The notes: a model not told the origin generated them from the letters alone. DNA of 39,423 bases from Alphaproteobacteria bacterium (GCA_029212835.1 JARGPE010000004.1:1-39423); one strand, 5' to 3'. Shown: positions 9,107-18,824, counted from the first letter of the stretch. Numbers and translations are program-made.

Positions 9107-10876
9107 TTACAGCGGATAGAACAGCACCAAGGCACCGCCCAGAATCAGGACGATGCGGATCAGCCACTGTATGGGTGCGATAATCCCAAAGGAAATACAG
9201 CCAAGCCCCGCTGCGACCTTGGCCGCTGCCATCAGGGCATGAAATGGCACCGTAGACAGGTTGATTAAATCTGGATTGGCAATCATGCCCAATGGGATCA
9301 GGTAGAGCCCTATCCCCAGTGCCATCGCCTTACCGGCGACTTTCAGCCAGTTTTCCCCCACCATGCCTGCTGCGATGAAGACAGCCCCACAGACGGGTGG
9401 GGTAATGGTGCTCAGCAAGGCGAACCAGAAGACGAAGAGATGTGCCTGTAACGGCTGTAGCCCCAATTCGGCCAAGGCTGGGCCAGCGACGGAAATACAG
9501 ATGACATAGGCCGCTGTGGTTGGCACTTCCATGCCCAGAACCAGGCAGGCAGCCGCTGTCAGCAGTAGGGCAGGCCACAGCATGCCGCCTGACCCTGACA
9601 GGATCAGCGACGTGATCTTGACCCCCAGACCTGTAATCCCCAACACGCCAATAATGATTGAGGCGCATAGGATAATGGAGGCAATGGTGGCAATCTGCTG
9701 GCCTGCATTCAGGCAAACACTGATCAACCGTTCCACGGTTCGTGGAGCATTCAGCGTCAGTTTCGCATCGAACAGCAGTAAGGCCGCACCGGCCAGAATG
9801 GCCAGGCAGGCCGCATATTGTGGCGTAAAGCCTGTATAGAACATGAACCACAGCAAGACTGAAAAGGGCACCAGGAAGAAGGCCGCTGTTATCAGAACCG
9901 CACGCAGTCCAGGCTGTTGGTCTTTTGGCAGGCCTTCCAAGCGATATCGCATAGAAAAGGCATCAATCCCGATCCAGCAGGCGAAGAAATACAGGAATGC
10001 CGGCAGCAGGGCCGCGGCCATGATTTCGGTATAGGCAGTGCCCGTCAATTCCACCATGACAAAGGCCCCCGCCCCCATCAGGGGGGGCATGATCTGTCCG
10101 CCGGATGAGGCAACTGCTTCCACCGCGCCAGCCAGCGACTTTGGATAGCCTAAGCGTGTCATTGCAGGCAGCGTGATTGCCCCTGTGGAGGCAACATTGG
10201 CTGAAGCGGAGCCAGAAATTGATCCGAACAAGGCAGAGGATAGCACCGATACCTTCGCGGCACCGCCCCGCAAGCGTCCGGCGACGGCGGCAGCGACATT
10301 CATAAAGCCTTGTCCGGCCTCTCCTGCATTCAAGACCGATCCAAAAATCACAAAGATCGCGACGATGGAGACGGAGACACCGGTCAAGCTGCCCCAGACC
10401 CCACCCTCAGCAATTGTCAAAGTCCCCAGGAAGCTATTGAGTGGGGTCCCCGGATGGCCGAATTCGCCTGGAATATACTGCCCGAAAAGCCCATAGAGCA
10501 AAGTCGTTGCCGCAACCAATGGCAAGGGCCAACCGATAGCGCGTCGGGCCATTTCGAGGACCGTGACAAGCAACGTGATGGCGATGCCGACCTGAAACGG
10601 GTTTTCCAGAAAACCATATTGATCGGACAGGGCATTCTGATTCCAGGCGATCCACAGGCAGGCAGCCAGTCCCAGACTGCCCAAAAGGACGCCCGTAATC
10701 CGTTCCACCGTGTTGCGCGCGACGAAGATCATCGCCCAGGGCAGGGCCAGCGCCATATGTAAGGGGCGCGACAGCAGGTTTGGCACCAATCCGGAAAATA
10801 TCAGCCAGAGATGAAATGTGATGGATGTCGCCCCCAAAGCGATCCAAATCCACCGCGACATGCTGGTTTTTTGCAT
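9107..10876 (-). CDS. TRAP transporter fused permease (TAXI-associated)
   Basis: Highly hydrophobic; GGAAKVSV, GSISGSASANV, AVEAVASSGGQIMPPLMGAGAF, LGMEVPTTAAY, ITPPVC. Confidence 0.92.
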   Translation of the reverse strand: MQKTSMSRWIWIALGATSITFHLWLIFSGLVPNLLSRPLHMALALPWAMIFVARNTVERITGVLLGSLGLAACLWIAWNQNALSDQYGFLENPFQVGIAITLLVTVLEMARRAIGWPLPLVAATTLLYGLFGQYIPGEFGHPGTPLNSFLGTLTIAEGGVWGSLTGVSVSIVAIFVIFGSVLNAGEAGQGFMNVAAAVAGRLRGGAAKVSVLSSALFGSISGSASANVASTGAITLPAMTRLGYPKSLAGAVEAVASSGGQIMPPLMGAGAFVMVELTGTAYTEIMAAALLPAFLYFFACWIGIDAFSMRYRLEGLPKDQQPGLRAVLITAAFFLVPFSVLLWFMFYTGFTPQYAACLAILAGAALLLFDAKLTLNAPRTVERLISVCLNAGQQIATIASIILCASIIIGVLGITGLGVKITSLILSGSGGMLWPALLLTAAACLVLGMEVPTTAAYVICISVAGPALAELGLQPLQAHLFVFWFALLSTITPPVCGAVFIAAGMVGENWLKVAGKAMALGIGLYLIPLGMIANPDLINLSTVPFHALMAAAKVAAGLGCISFGIIAPIQWLIRIVLILGGALVLFYPL

Positions 10877-10902
10877 TCCCCAACCTCTGACGTTTTAAGC
10901 AA

Positions 10903-10931
10903 GACAGCCCCGGTTATGTGCCGGGGCTGTC
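10903..10931 (-). terminator. Intercistronic hairpin after the TAXI binding-protein gene
   Basis: Perfect 11-bp stem GACAGCCCCGG/CCGGGGCTGTC with a 7-nt loop and only a weak U-tail; may stabilise mRNA rather than terminate. Confidence 0.55.
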
Positions 10932-10957
10932 GCTATACTGGAATTGATAAACAGTTC

Positions 10958-11938
10958 TTACATTTGTGCGTCGGTTACAGGAAAACCAACGTCCATATAG
11001 TACTTCAGCGCACCGGGGTGAATTTTACCGGTGACATTGGCCAGCATTTCTGGAGATACCGCGTTCCACCATGCGGCATCCGCGCCCATCTTGGATTTGC
11101 CTTCCCAATAGGTTTTGGTCAACTGGTAGGCTGTGTCTTCATCCATATCCGTTGTCGTATAGGCAACGACCGGCAGGCCGGTTGTCGTGACATCAGCCAC
11201 TTGCCCGGTATAGGTCCCTGCGGGGATAACAACTTTCAGGCGCTTGGTCTGGGCGATTTGATCGTCGCTCATCGACAGCAGGGTGATCGGCGTCGTCGCG
11301 GCTGCTTCAATTACATTGGGGGCAGGATAAGAACCGGCAGTTACAAAACCATCGATCTGGCCGTTTTTCAGCGCAGGGACGGCATTGGACAGCTCAACAT
11401 CGGCAAGTTTCACCTTGTCCGTCAGGCCAAACATTTCAAGATATTTGGCGCCTTCTGTTGCGCCAAAGCTGCCTTTGCCGATCAACATCGTCTTGCCTGT
11501 CAAACCAGCGAGATCGGTGACACCACTATCGGCATTCATAACGAAATGCATGGTTAAAGAGGGGATTGGGAACAGGGCGCGAATTTCATCAAAACGCGGG
11601 TTTTGTTTATCTTTGAACATTGCCTTGCCGCCCTGCGCCAGGCCAACCAGGGCCGGCGGGGTGGTGAAGACATAATTACCAGTCCGACCCGCGACTTCCA
11701 TTACGTTCTGGACGGAACCTTGGCTTTCTTCGACGGTGACGATAATGCCACCATCGGTGCCGACCTTCATTGCTTCGGCCAATTGCACGGCCATTTGGTA
11801 ATAGGAGGAGCTGGAACTGGCGGATTTGTATGTCACGCGGGTTTCAGCCTGGGCAGCAGGGGCGGTGGCGAGGAAAGGAAGGACCGCCATCACGCCAATG
11901 GCAGCCAGCTTTTTAATCTGTTTCGTCGATAAGGTCAT
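10958..11938 (-). CDS. TAXI-family TRAP solute-binding protein
   Basis: Signal peptide ending AAQA, SSYYQMA, ESQGSVQN, ALKNGQIDG, C-terminal IHPGALKYY. Start placed at the ATG at 11938 with CAGGA upstream. Confidence 0.9.
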   Translation of the reverse strand: MTLSTKQIKKLAAIGVMAVLPFLATAPAAQAETRVTYKSASSSSSYYQMAVQLAEAMKVGTDGGIIVTVEESQGSVQNVMEVAGRTGNYVFTTPPALVGLAQGGKAMFKDKQNPRFDEIRALFPIPSLTMHFVMNADSGVTDLAGLTGKTMLIGKGSFGATEGAKYLEMFGLTDKVKLADVELSNAVPALKNGQIDGFVTAGSYPAPNVIEAAATTPITLLSMSDDQIAQTKRLKVVIPAGTYTGQVADVTTTGLPVVAYTTTDMDEDTAYQLTKTYWEGKSKMGADAAWWNAVSPEMLANVTGKIHPGALKYYMDVGFPVTDAQM

Positions 11939-12091
11939 GGGTGTTTCCTGTATCCTATGGGGGAGCCGACGTTGACCGCGCGGCCTTCTGTGTATCACTA
12001 CCCCACGGCCCGAACCGGATCAAGCGAGAGGGTGCTATTCTGCGCTAACCTTGATGCTGGCTGTTATGGGAACGCAATGAGAGGGATTCGA

Positions 12092-12793
12092 TTAAACGCC
12101 CAGATAGCGGTGCATCAATTCTTCGTCTGCCAATAATTCCTGGCTGTTGCCAGTCCAGACGACGCGCCCTTTCTCCACGATGTGGTGACGGTTGCCGATA
12201 CGGGCTAAATCTTTGACATTCTTATCAATGACCAGGATTGAGAGGCCTTCATTCTTCAATGCTTCCAGGCTGTTCCAAATCTCGTCGCGGATCAGCGGGG
12301 CAAGGCCTTCTGTCGCTTCGTCCAGGATCAGCAGGTTTGGATTGGTCATCAAGGCACGGCCAACAGCCAGCATTTGTTGTTCCCCACCGGACAGCAGATT
12401 CCCCATGCTGGTGCGGCGCGCGGCTAGGCCTGGAAATAATGTGTAAATCCGTTCCACCGTCCAGGGAGTTTTTTGATTGCCCCAATTCGCGGCGGTGGCG
12501 ATCAGGTTTTCATGGGCGGTCAGGTTCGGGAAAATCTGGCGGCCTTCGGGAACTAACCCGATGCCGCGACGCGCGACGGCAAAGGAGGACAGGCCGCGAA
12601 TGGACTCACCCTCAAACTGGATGTCACCCTCGCGGGATGGGATAATCCCCATGATGGAATGGACGGTCGTTGTTTTGCCCATGCCATTGCGGCCCATAAG
12701 CGTGGCAACTTCGCCCGCCCGCACTTCCAGTGTCATGCCAAACAAAGCCTGGCTGTCGCCGTAAAAAGTCTTCAATCCAGATACGGTCAGCAT
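12092..12793 (-). CDS. Liv-type ABC transporter ATPase (LivF-like)
   Basis: Walker A GRNGMGKTT, VPEGRQIF, LSGGEQQML, LILDEATEGLAP. Confidence 0.93.
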   Translation of the reverse strand: MLTVSGLKTFYGDSQALFGMTLEVRAGEVATLMGRNGMGKTTTVHSIMGIIPSREGDIQFEGESIRGLSSFAVARRGIGLVPEGRQIFPNLTAHENLIATAANWGNQKTPWTVERIYTLFPGLAARRTSMGNLLSGGEQQMLAVGRALMTNPNLLILDEATEGLAPLIRDEIWNSLEALKNEGLSILVIDKNVKDLARIGNRHHIVEKGRVVWTGNSQELLADEELMHRYLGV

Positions 12794-12795
12794 GA

Positions 12796-13542
12796 TTAGG
12801 CCTCCTCGCCCAAATAGGCGCGTTTTACGGCCTCGTTGTCGCGGATAGCATCTGGCGTGTCGGTGGCGATGATTTCTCCATAAACCAGAACGGAAATCCG
12901 GTCGGCCAGGGCAAAGACGGCATCCATGTCATGTTCGACCAACAGCATGGTCTTCTGACCCTTGAAGCGCTGTAGGATTTCGATCATGCGCTGGCTTTCT
13001 TCAGACCCCATGCCGGCCATAGGCTCATCCAGCAGCAGCATTTTCGGTTCAGTCGCCAGGGCCATTGCGATTTCCAACTGGCGGTGTTCGCCATGGGAAA
13101 CTTCGCGAGACAGCGTCATTGCCTTCGCCTCCAACCCGACTTCTTTCAGTCGTTCCATGGCTTGGCGGTTGATTTCCGGTTCGCTGTTCGCATTACGCCA
13201 GAAGTGGAAGGAATGACCATCATGGGCTTGCGCCGCCAAAGCGACGTTCTCCAACAAGGTCATATCCTGAAAGACCGTGGTGATCTGGAATGATCGGGCG
13301 ATTCCCATCTTGGCACGGGCAGGCCCCGATGCCTTGGTTATATCGCGTCCATTGAAGCGGACCTTGCCCGCATCCGGGAATTGCTCACCGCAAAGCTGAG
13401 AGATCAGGGTTGTCTTACCAGCGCCATTGGGGCCGATAATGGCATGAACCTCCCCTTCCATCACATCCAGAGAAACATTTTTTGTTGCGATAACGCCGCC
13501 GAAGCTTTTGTGCAGCCCGCGGACTTCCAAAAGTATAGTCAT
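12796..13542 (-). CDS. Liv-type ABC transporter ATPase (LivG-like)
   Basis: GPNGAGKTT, RSFQ, LLDEPMAG, VEHDMD, AYLG. Start at 13542 gives an ATGA overlap with the upstream permease stop. Confidence 0.93.
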   Translation of the reverse strand: MTILLEVRGLHKSFGGVIATKNVSLDVMEGEVHAIIGPNGAGKTTLISQLCGEQFPDAGKVRFNGRDITKASGPARAKMGIARSFQITTVFQDMTLLENVALAAQAHDGHSFHFWRNANSEPEINRQAMERLKEVGLEAKAMTLSREVSHGEHRQLEIAMALATEPKMLLLDEPMAGMGSEESQRMIEILQRFKGQKTMLLVEHDMDAVFALADRISVLVYGEIIATDTPDAIRDNEAVKRAYLGEEA

Positions 13543-14522
13543 CGTTTGCCCAACCGATCCAAGAAGCCAGAAATTCCGCCCCGCACAAACAGAACGACGA
13601 ACAGCAGAATCAACCCAAAGGGCAGGTGCCAATAGAAACCTGCGCCGTCATGGATCATATCCATCACATTGGGCAGCATTTCCTCCAATACCAGAAAGGA
13701 CAGAACCCCAAAGACGGGACCGAAGGCTGTCGCGGTTCCGCCCAGAACGACCATGAAGATCAATTCCCCGGACCGGGTCCAACCCATCATGTCAGGGCTG
13801 ATGAAATTGGTATAGTTCCCCATCAAGGCCCCGGCATAGCCACAGACTGCGCCCGAAATGACATAGGCAACCAGGCGGTAGTTATAGGTTGAATAGCCCA
13901 GCGCTTGCATCCGCTTCTCATTGGATTTTGCACCGCGGATCACCCTGCCGAAACGGGAGGCGACAAGGCGATGATAAAGATACATCACCAAGATCAAGGA
14001 AACGAAACAGATATAGTAGAAGGTCGTTGGGTTATCGATATCGATCCCACTGAAAAACTCGCTATCATACCAGATCGTCAGCCCATCATCCCCGCCATAT
14101 TCATCCATCGACAGGAACAGGAAGAACGCCATCTGTGCGAAGGCCATGGTGATCATGATGAAATGGACGCCTTTGGTCCGCAGACTGATTGCCCCGGTGA
14201 TCAAGGCGAATAGCGCGCTGACGGTAATGGCCAGGAATATATGCAGCCAGCCAGAGCTGTAATCATGATAAATCGGAATACCGACGCAATAGGCACCGAT
14301 GCCGATGAAGGCTGCGTGTCCTAGGCTGATCATGCCGCCATAGCCCAGAATGAAATTCAGGCTGATCGCAGCGATGGTCAGGATCAGAATCCGGGTCGCG
14401 ATGCTGAGATAGAAAGCCTGATCGAAAATATCCGACAGGATCGGGGTAACAGCCAGCAGCAGCAGCAAAGCCACGCTGAAAAGCCATTTTGGTGTCAGGA
14501 AATTGGAAGTGCGCATGCCCAT
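13539..14522 (-). CDS. Liv-type ABC permease (LivM-like)
   Basis: GYGGMISLGHAAF, FIMITMAFAQM, GGDDG, SRFGRV, MVVLGG. Confidence 0.92.
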   Translation of the reverse strand: MGMRTSNFLTPKWLFSVALLLLLAVTPILSDIFDQAFYLSIATRILILTIAAISLNFILGYGGMISLGHAAFIGIGAYCVGIPIYHDYSSGWLHIFLAITVSALFALITGAISLRTKGVHFIMITMAFAQMAFFLFLSMDEYGGDDGLTIWYDSEFFSGIDIDNPTTFYYICFVSLILVMYLYHRLVASRFGRVIRGAKSNEKRMQALGYSTYNYRLVAYVISGAVCGYAGALMGNYTNFISPDMMGWTRSGELIFMVVLGGTATAFGPVFGVLSFLVLEEMLPNVMDMIHDGAGFYWHLPFGLILLFVVLFVRGGISGFLDRLGKR

Positions 14523-14542
14523 CCCTTATGCTTGCTTGCGTT

Positions 14543-15472
14543 TCATCGGACCTTAGGCGGGAAAAGGCCCTGAGGACGCACCGCCAAAATGATTGCCATC
14601 AGAATATAGATCAGCATTGCGGATATCGCCGGTGCGGCCGTTTCTGCTGTTTCTGTATTCATGAAAAGTTTCAGGAGTTGATCCAGATAGGACCGTCCCA
14701 AAGTGTCGATCATGCCAACGATCAAGGCCCCAACAAAGGCCCCCTTGATCGACCCAATGCCCCCAATGATGATCACAACAAAGGCAACGATGATGATGTC
14801 ATTTCCCATTCCAATCGAGGCACCGGTGATTGGGGAAATCATCATGCCAGCCACCCCGGCAATAGCGGCCCCAGCCGCGAAAACCAGGCTGAATAATACT
14901 TTGATGTCGACCCCCAGCGCCTGAACCATGGTGCGGTTGGATGCGCCAGCACGGATTAACATGCCAAGCCGGGTTTTGCTGACAACATAGTACATGCCAG
15001 CAGCGACCAAGAGGCCAACAGAAATGATTGCGATGCGATAGCTGGGCAATTGGATTGTTTCTGAGACGGTGATTTGACCATTCAACCAATCGGGCAGGGG
15101 GATCACCATACCTTCTGCGCCCCAGATCAGATGGGTCACGGTATCAAAAATAAGGATGATACCGAAGGTCGCCAGCACGTGATCCAAATGGTCTCTCAGA
15201 TAAAGGGAGCGTGCGATCAATACTTCAGTGACATAGCCTACCGCCATGGTCAGGGGGATTGCCAGCAACACGCCCAGAACAAAACTGTCCAACAGGACAA
15301 CCAATGTCCCGCAAATATAGGCACCAACCATATAGAAGGAACCATGGGCCAGATTGATAAAATCCATGATGCCGAAAATCAGCGTCAACCCAGCCGCTAG
15401 CAAGAACAGCAATATGCCTAGTTGCAGCCCATTGAGCAGCTGTGTGATCAGTAGTGCGCTATCCATACCCAT
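14543..15472 (-). CDS. Liv-type ABC permease (LivH-like)
   Basis: GLTLIFGIMDFINLAHG, TRLGMLIRA, GGIGSIKGA, RPQGLF. Confidence 0.92.
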   Translation of the reverse strand: MGMDSALLITQLLNGLQLGILLFLLAAGLTLIFGIMDFINLAHGSFYMVGAYICGTLVVLLDSFVLGVLLAIPLTMAVGYVTEVLIARSLYLRDHLDHVLATFGIILIFDTVTHLIWGAEGMVIPLPDWLNGQITVSETIQLPSYRIAIISVGLLVAAGMYYVVSKTRLGMLIRAGASNRTMVQALGVDIKVLFSLVFAAGAAIAGVAGMMISPITGASIGMGNDIIIVAFVVIIIGGIGSIKGAFVGALIVGMIDTLGRSYLDQLLKLFMNTETAETAAPAISAMLIYILMAIILAVRPQGLFPPKVR

Positions 15473-15568
15473 CCCCGGTTCATCACTTATTGAAAGACTG
15501 CTGCTTATGCCGGATCAACCGTGGCAGCATGTTCATTCTCATTTTTATACGCGACGCACTTTCATTTT

Positions 15569-15613
15569 AAAACGGCGGCGTGATGGCCCATTCCCAAAGC
15601 ACGCCACGCCGCC
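15569..15613 (-). terminator. Hairpin with short U-tail after binding protein 1
   Basis: 9-bp stem GGCGGCGTG (15574-15582)/CACGCCGCC (15605-15613) with a large loop, followed on the minus strand by GTTTT. Confidence 0.5.
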
Positions 15614-15628
15614 ATTCGTCTAAATGTA

Positions 15629-16837
15629 TTACATCTTGCAGTCAACGGCGTGCGGATCTTGGTGGTCTGTAAAAATCTTGGAAACGATTTTTGTCGTCCA
15701 TCGACCTTCTGAATCCGCAACCACTTCCCGCAGATAGAAATCCTGAATTGGGAAATGGTTGTTGCCGAACTTAAACTTGCCACGGGTTGATGCGAAATCT
15801 GCCTTTACCAGAGCAGCCCGAACGGCGTCCTTATCGGACAAATCCCCTCCCACAGCGTCTACAGCCGACTTGATCAACATGACAGCATCATAGGCCTGTT
15901 GAGCATAGAAGGAGGGATAGGTGCCGTGTTTGGCCAGAAAATCGCTAACAAATTTCTGATTTGCCGCATTATCCATATCCGGCGACCAGTTTTGTGTGCC
16001 ACGAGATCCCAGGGCGGCGGTCAAGCCAGCCTCCTGCATTTTTGGCAGGGAAATACCATCCAGCGTATAGACGGTGTAAAGTTTCATCGTGTCAGCCAGG
16101 CCAGCTTGCATGAACTGAGATACAAAGGCACCGCCTGCCTTGCCAGGATAGAAGGCCCAAAGGGCATCTGCGCCAGAGGCTTTGGCCTTGGACAATTCTG
16201 CGGAGAAGTCCAGTTGCGTATCCGCGCCCCATTTGGTCATATCCCGACCTTTGATCTCACCTTTATAGGTCATCTCAACGGCGGCCATCATGTCTTTCCC
16301 TGACGCATAGTTGGGCGCCATGATATAGACGGATTTAATGCCTTCCTGGTTCAGTGCCTCGCCCATCGCCATGGGGATCTGATCATTCGCCCAGGAGATA
16401 GAGAAGAAGTCTTTGTTGCAGCCTTTGCCAGCCAATTGAGTCGGGCCTGCATTGGCACTGATCAAGAATGTGTCGCTGTCCAGAACAGATTTTACCGATG
16501 CAAGCAGCACATGGGACCAGATGAATCCGGTTACGAAATCAACCTTTTCCTGAGTTACCAACTTGTCTGCGGCTTGCTTGCCGGTTTCAGGCTTAAAGCC
16601 ATCATCTTCCACGAATACGTCGACTTTGCGGCCACCCATTTCGCCACCAATATGTTCAAGGGCGAGGTCAAAGCCGTTTTTCATGTCATTGCCGATAACC
16701 GCAGCAGGGGTCGTCAATGTCGTTACGAAACCAATTTTAACGGGCGCGCTGTCCGCTGCGGATGCGGTGCCAAGCCAAGGTGTGGCGGTAAGAAACAGTC
16801 CGTAAACCGCTGCTTTTAATGCCTTCTTCATTTCCAT
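15629..16837 (-). CDS. ABC substrate-binding protein, Liv family, aromatic-acid-binding type (paralogue 1)
   Basis: Signal peptide; KIGFVTTL, EDDGFKPE, IWSHV, ISANAGP, APNY, QLDFSAE, STRGKFKFGNNHFPIQ; heads a livHMGF-like operon near gentisate genes. Ligand class is inferred. Confidence 0.88.
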   Translation of the reverse strand: MEMKKALKAAVYGLFLTATPWLGTASAADSAPVKIGFVTTLTTPAAVIGNDMKNGFDLALEHIGGEMGGRKVDVFVEDDGFKPETGKQAADKLVTQEKVDFVTGFIWSHVLLASVKSVLDSDTFLISANAGPTQLAGKGCNKDFFSISWANDQIPMAMGEALNQEGIKSVYIMAPNYASGKDMMAAVEMTYKGEIKGRDMTKWGADTQLDFSAELSKAKASGADALWAFYPGKAGGAFVSQFMQAGLADTMKLYTVYTLDGISLPKMQEAGLTAALGSRGTQNWSPDMDNAANQKFVSDFLAKHGTYPSFYAQQAYDAVMLIKSAVDAVGGDLSDKDAVRAALVKADFASTRGKFKFGNNHFPIQDFYLREVVADSEGRWTTKIVSKIFTDHQDPHAVDCKM

Positions 16838-16987
16838 TCACTCCTCATTGTGGAGCCTTCAGCATTGAGCAGTTTCCCCGATAAAATCAGATGAATACGT
16901 AAATCTTCATGGGTATAACCATAGCTAAGGTTCATCTCAGCCTGGATACCTTTAAGACTTTTTCATCTCAAATGCGTCACAATTCCA

Positions 16988-17042
16988 TGCACTATAATGC
17001 ATCATTTCTCACGTGCAACTTTGTTGAATGAGATATGATGCA
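16988..17042 (-). promoter_or_regulatory. Promoter/operator module copy 1 (TGCA-N6-TGCA palindrome over the -10)
   Basis: TGCACTATAATGCATCATT (16988-17006) and TATGATGCA (17034-17042). Minus-strand -35 TTGCAC, 16 nt, -10 TATAGT. Repeated with identical spacing at 18700-18754. Confidence 0.75.
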
Positions 17043-17230
17043 TTATTTGTTGTGATCTGTTGAGTTGAAGCTAAACGTTTCACTAAAACTTGTGCAAGCA
17101 TTAATTTCGTAAAGATTTATTATTTTCGAAAATATCAAAAATTTTATTTCAACACTTCACATAGAAAGAGGGGAGGACAGTTTTTGGTTTTCTGGAACTA
17201 GCTTAATGGGGAATACATAACAGGTGATAC

Positions 17231-17268
17231 AAAAGAAAACGGGGCGAGCCATCGCTGACCCGCCCCGT
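17231..17268 (-). terminator. Intrinsic terminator after binding protein 2
   Basis: Stem ACGGGGCG/CGCCCCGT (extendable by G-U pairs) followed on the minus strand by TTTCTTTT. Confidence 0.8.
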
Positions 17269-17287
17269 CTTCGCATTCACTCAAATC

Positions 17288-18499
17288 TTACATTTTGCAT
17301 TCTGATGCATAGGGATCCTGGTGATCGGTATAGACTGTCGACTTGATTTTTGTGGTCCAACGGCCTTCCGAATCAGCGACCGCTTCCCGCAGATAGAAGT
17401 TCTGGATTGGGAAATGGTTGTTACCAAATTTGAAGTTGCCACGGGTGGAAGCAAAATCAGCCTTCTCCAGAGCGGCACGGACAGCATCCTTGTCGGTCAG
17501 GTCGCCGCCAACAGCATCCACCGCAGACTTGATCAGCATTACGGCATCATAAGCCTGCTGAGCATAGAATGATGGGTAGGCACCATGTTTGGCCAGGAAG
17601 TCAGCAACAAATTTTTTGTTGGTGTCGTTGTCCATGTCCGGTGACCAGTGCTGCGTTGCCAATGAGCCCAGAACACCGGTCAGACCCGCTTCTTTCAGCT
17701 TCGGCAGAGAGATCGCATCCACAGTGAACACAGTGTAGAGCTTCATCGAATCTGCAAGCCCGGCCTGGGTATACTGAGAGATGAAAGCGCCACCGGCTTT
17801 ACCTGGATAGAATACCCAGATTGCTTCTGCGCCAGAGGCCTTGGCTTTTGCTAATTCAGCGGAGAAGTCGAGCTGTGCATCCGCACCCCATTTGGTCAGA
17901 TCCTTGCCTTTGACTTCACCCTTAAAGGTACGCTCAACGCCGGCGACCATGTCTTTGCCCGCAGCGTAGTTCGGGGCCATGATATAGACGGATTTGATAC
18001 CATCAGCGTTCAAGGCTTCGCCCATCGCCATTGGGGTCTGGTCATTCTGCCAAGAGACGGAGAAGAAGTTCTTGTCGCATGCTTTGCCAGCCAATTGAGA
18101 TGGGCCCGCATTCGCGCTGATCAAAAACGTATTGGTATCCAGAACGGATTTGGCAGATGCCAGCAGAACGTTAGACCAGATATAGCCGGTTACGAAGTCG
18201 ACCTTATCCTGGGTGACCAATTTGTCTGCCGCTTGTTTACCGGTTTCAGGCTTAAAGCCATCGTCTTCATAGAAGACTTCAACCTTGCGTCCGCCCATTT
18301 CGCCGCCGATATGTTCAATCGCCAGATCAAAGCCGTTTTTCATGTCGTTACCAATGACTGCGGCTGGTGTTGTCAGTGTGGTAACAAAACCGATTTTCAC
18401 CGGGTCCATATGTGATGCGCCATAAGCCGGACCGAAGGCCGGTGCCGCTGCCAGAGCAGCCCCAAAGGCTGCTGCAAGTAATGTCTTTTTCATTCCCAT
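17288..18499 (-). CDS. ABC substrate-binding protein, Liv family, aromatic-acid-binding type (paralogue 2)
   Basis: Collinear with 15629..16837 (about 62 differences over about 370 mature residues by manual alignment); IWSNV, SWQNDQ. Confidence 0.88.
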   Translation of the reverse strand: MGMKKTLLAAAFGAALAAAPAFGPAYGASHMDPVKIGFVTTLTTPAAVIGNDMKNGFDLAIEHIGGEMGGRKVEVFYEDDGFKPETGKQAADKLVTQDKVDFVTGYIWSNVLLASAKSVLDTNTFLISANAGPSQLAGKACDKNFFSVSWQNDQTPMAMGEALNADGIKSVYIMAPNYAAGKDMVAGVERTFKGEVKGKDLTKWGADAQLDFSAELAKAKASGAEAIWVFYPGKAGGAFISQYTQAGLADSMKLYTVFTVDAISLPKLKEAGLTGVLGSLATQHWSPDMDNDTNKKFVADFLAKHGAYPSFYAQQAYDAVMLIKSAVDAVGGDLTDKDAVRAALEKADFASTRGNFKFGNNHFPIQNFYLREAVADSEGRWTTKIKSTVYTDHQDPYASECKM

Positions 18500-18699
18500 T
18501 TCTCCCTAGTGTGGATACCCTCAAAACGAGCGGTCACCTTTGCTATCTTTAAACTTCTTCGCGGAGCCAGATCGGCTGCAGAACCTTTGCTAAAGCCATG
18601 CCCCTAAGTCAGTCATTTGTATCAGAACTTAGAAGTCGGCTTTGGGTCAAGCGCTAGACTGTCTCTCTTACGGAAACTTTGGCCTATGCCACGCGTCGC

Positions 18700-18754
18700 T
18701 GCACTATAATGCATCATTCCTGACACGCAATGTGGAAAAATGCGTTATGATGCA
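18700..18754 (-). promoter_or_regulatory. Promoter/operator module copy 2
   Basis: TGCACTATAATGCATCATT (18700-18718) and TATGATGCA (18746-18754). Minus-strand -35 TTGCGT, 16 nt, -10 TATAGT. Confidence 0.75.
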
Positions 18755-18784
18755 GCCTGCGCTCACTTTGGGCCGTTCCAACAG

Positions 18785-18824
18785 ACAGCGCCGCGTGTGA
18801 TATCCCTATCCTGCGCGGCGCTGT
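18785..18824 (-). terminator. Hairpin downstream of the FAH-family gene
   Basis: 11-bp perfect stem ACAGCGCCGCG/CGCGGCGCTGT; weak U-tail. Confidence 0.5.

Noticed and set aside
10811-11557. 248-aa plus-strand ORF
   Set aside because: Antisense to the TAXI genes with no recognisable motif; shadow ORF.
17043-17230. AT-rich stretch as possible sRNA or foreign insert
   Set aside because: No ORF, stable structure or terminal repeats seen; consistent with sequence upstream of a promoter.
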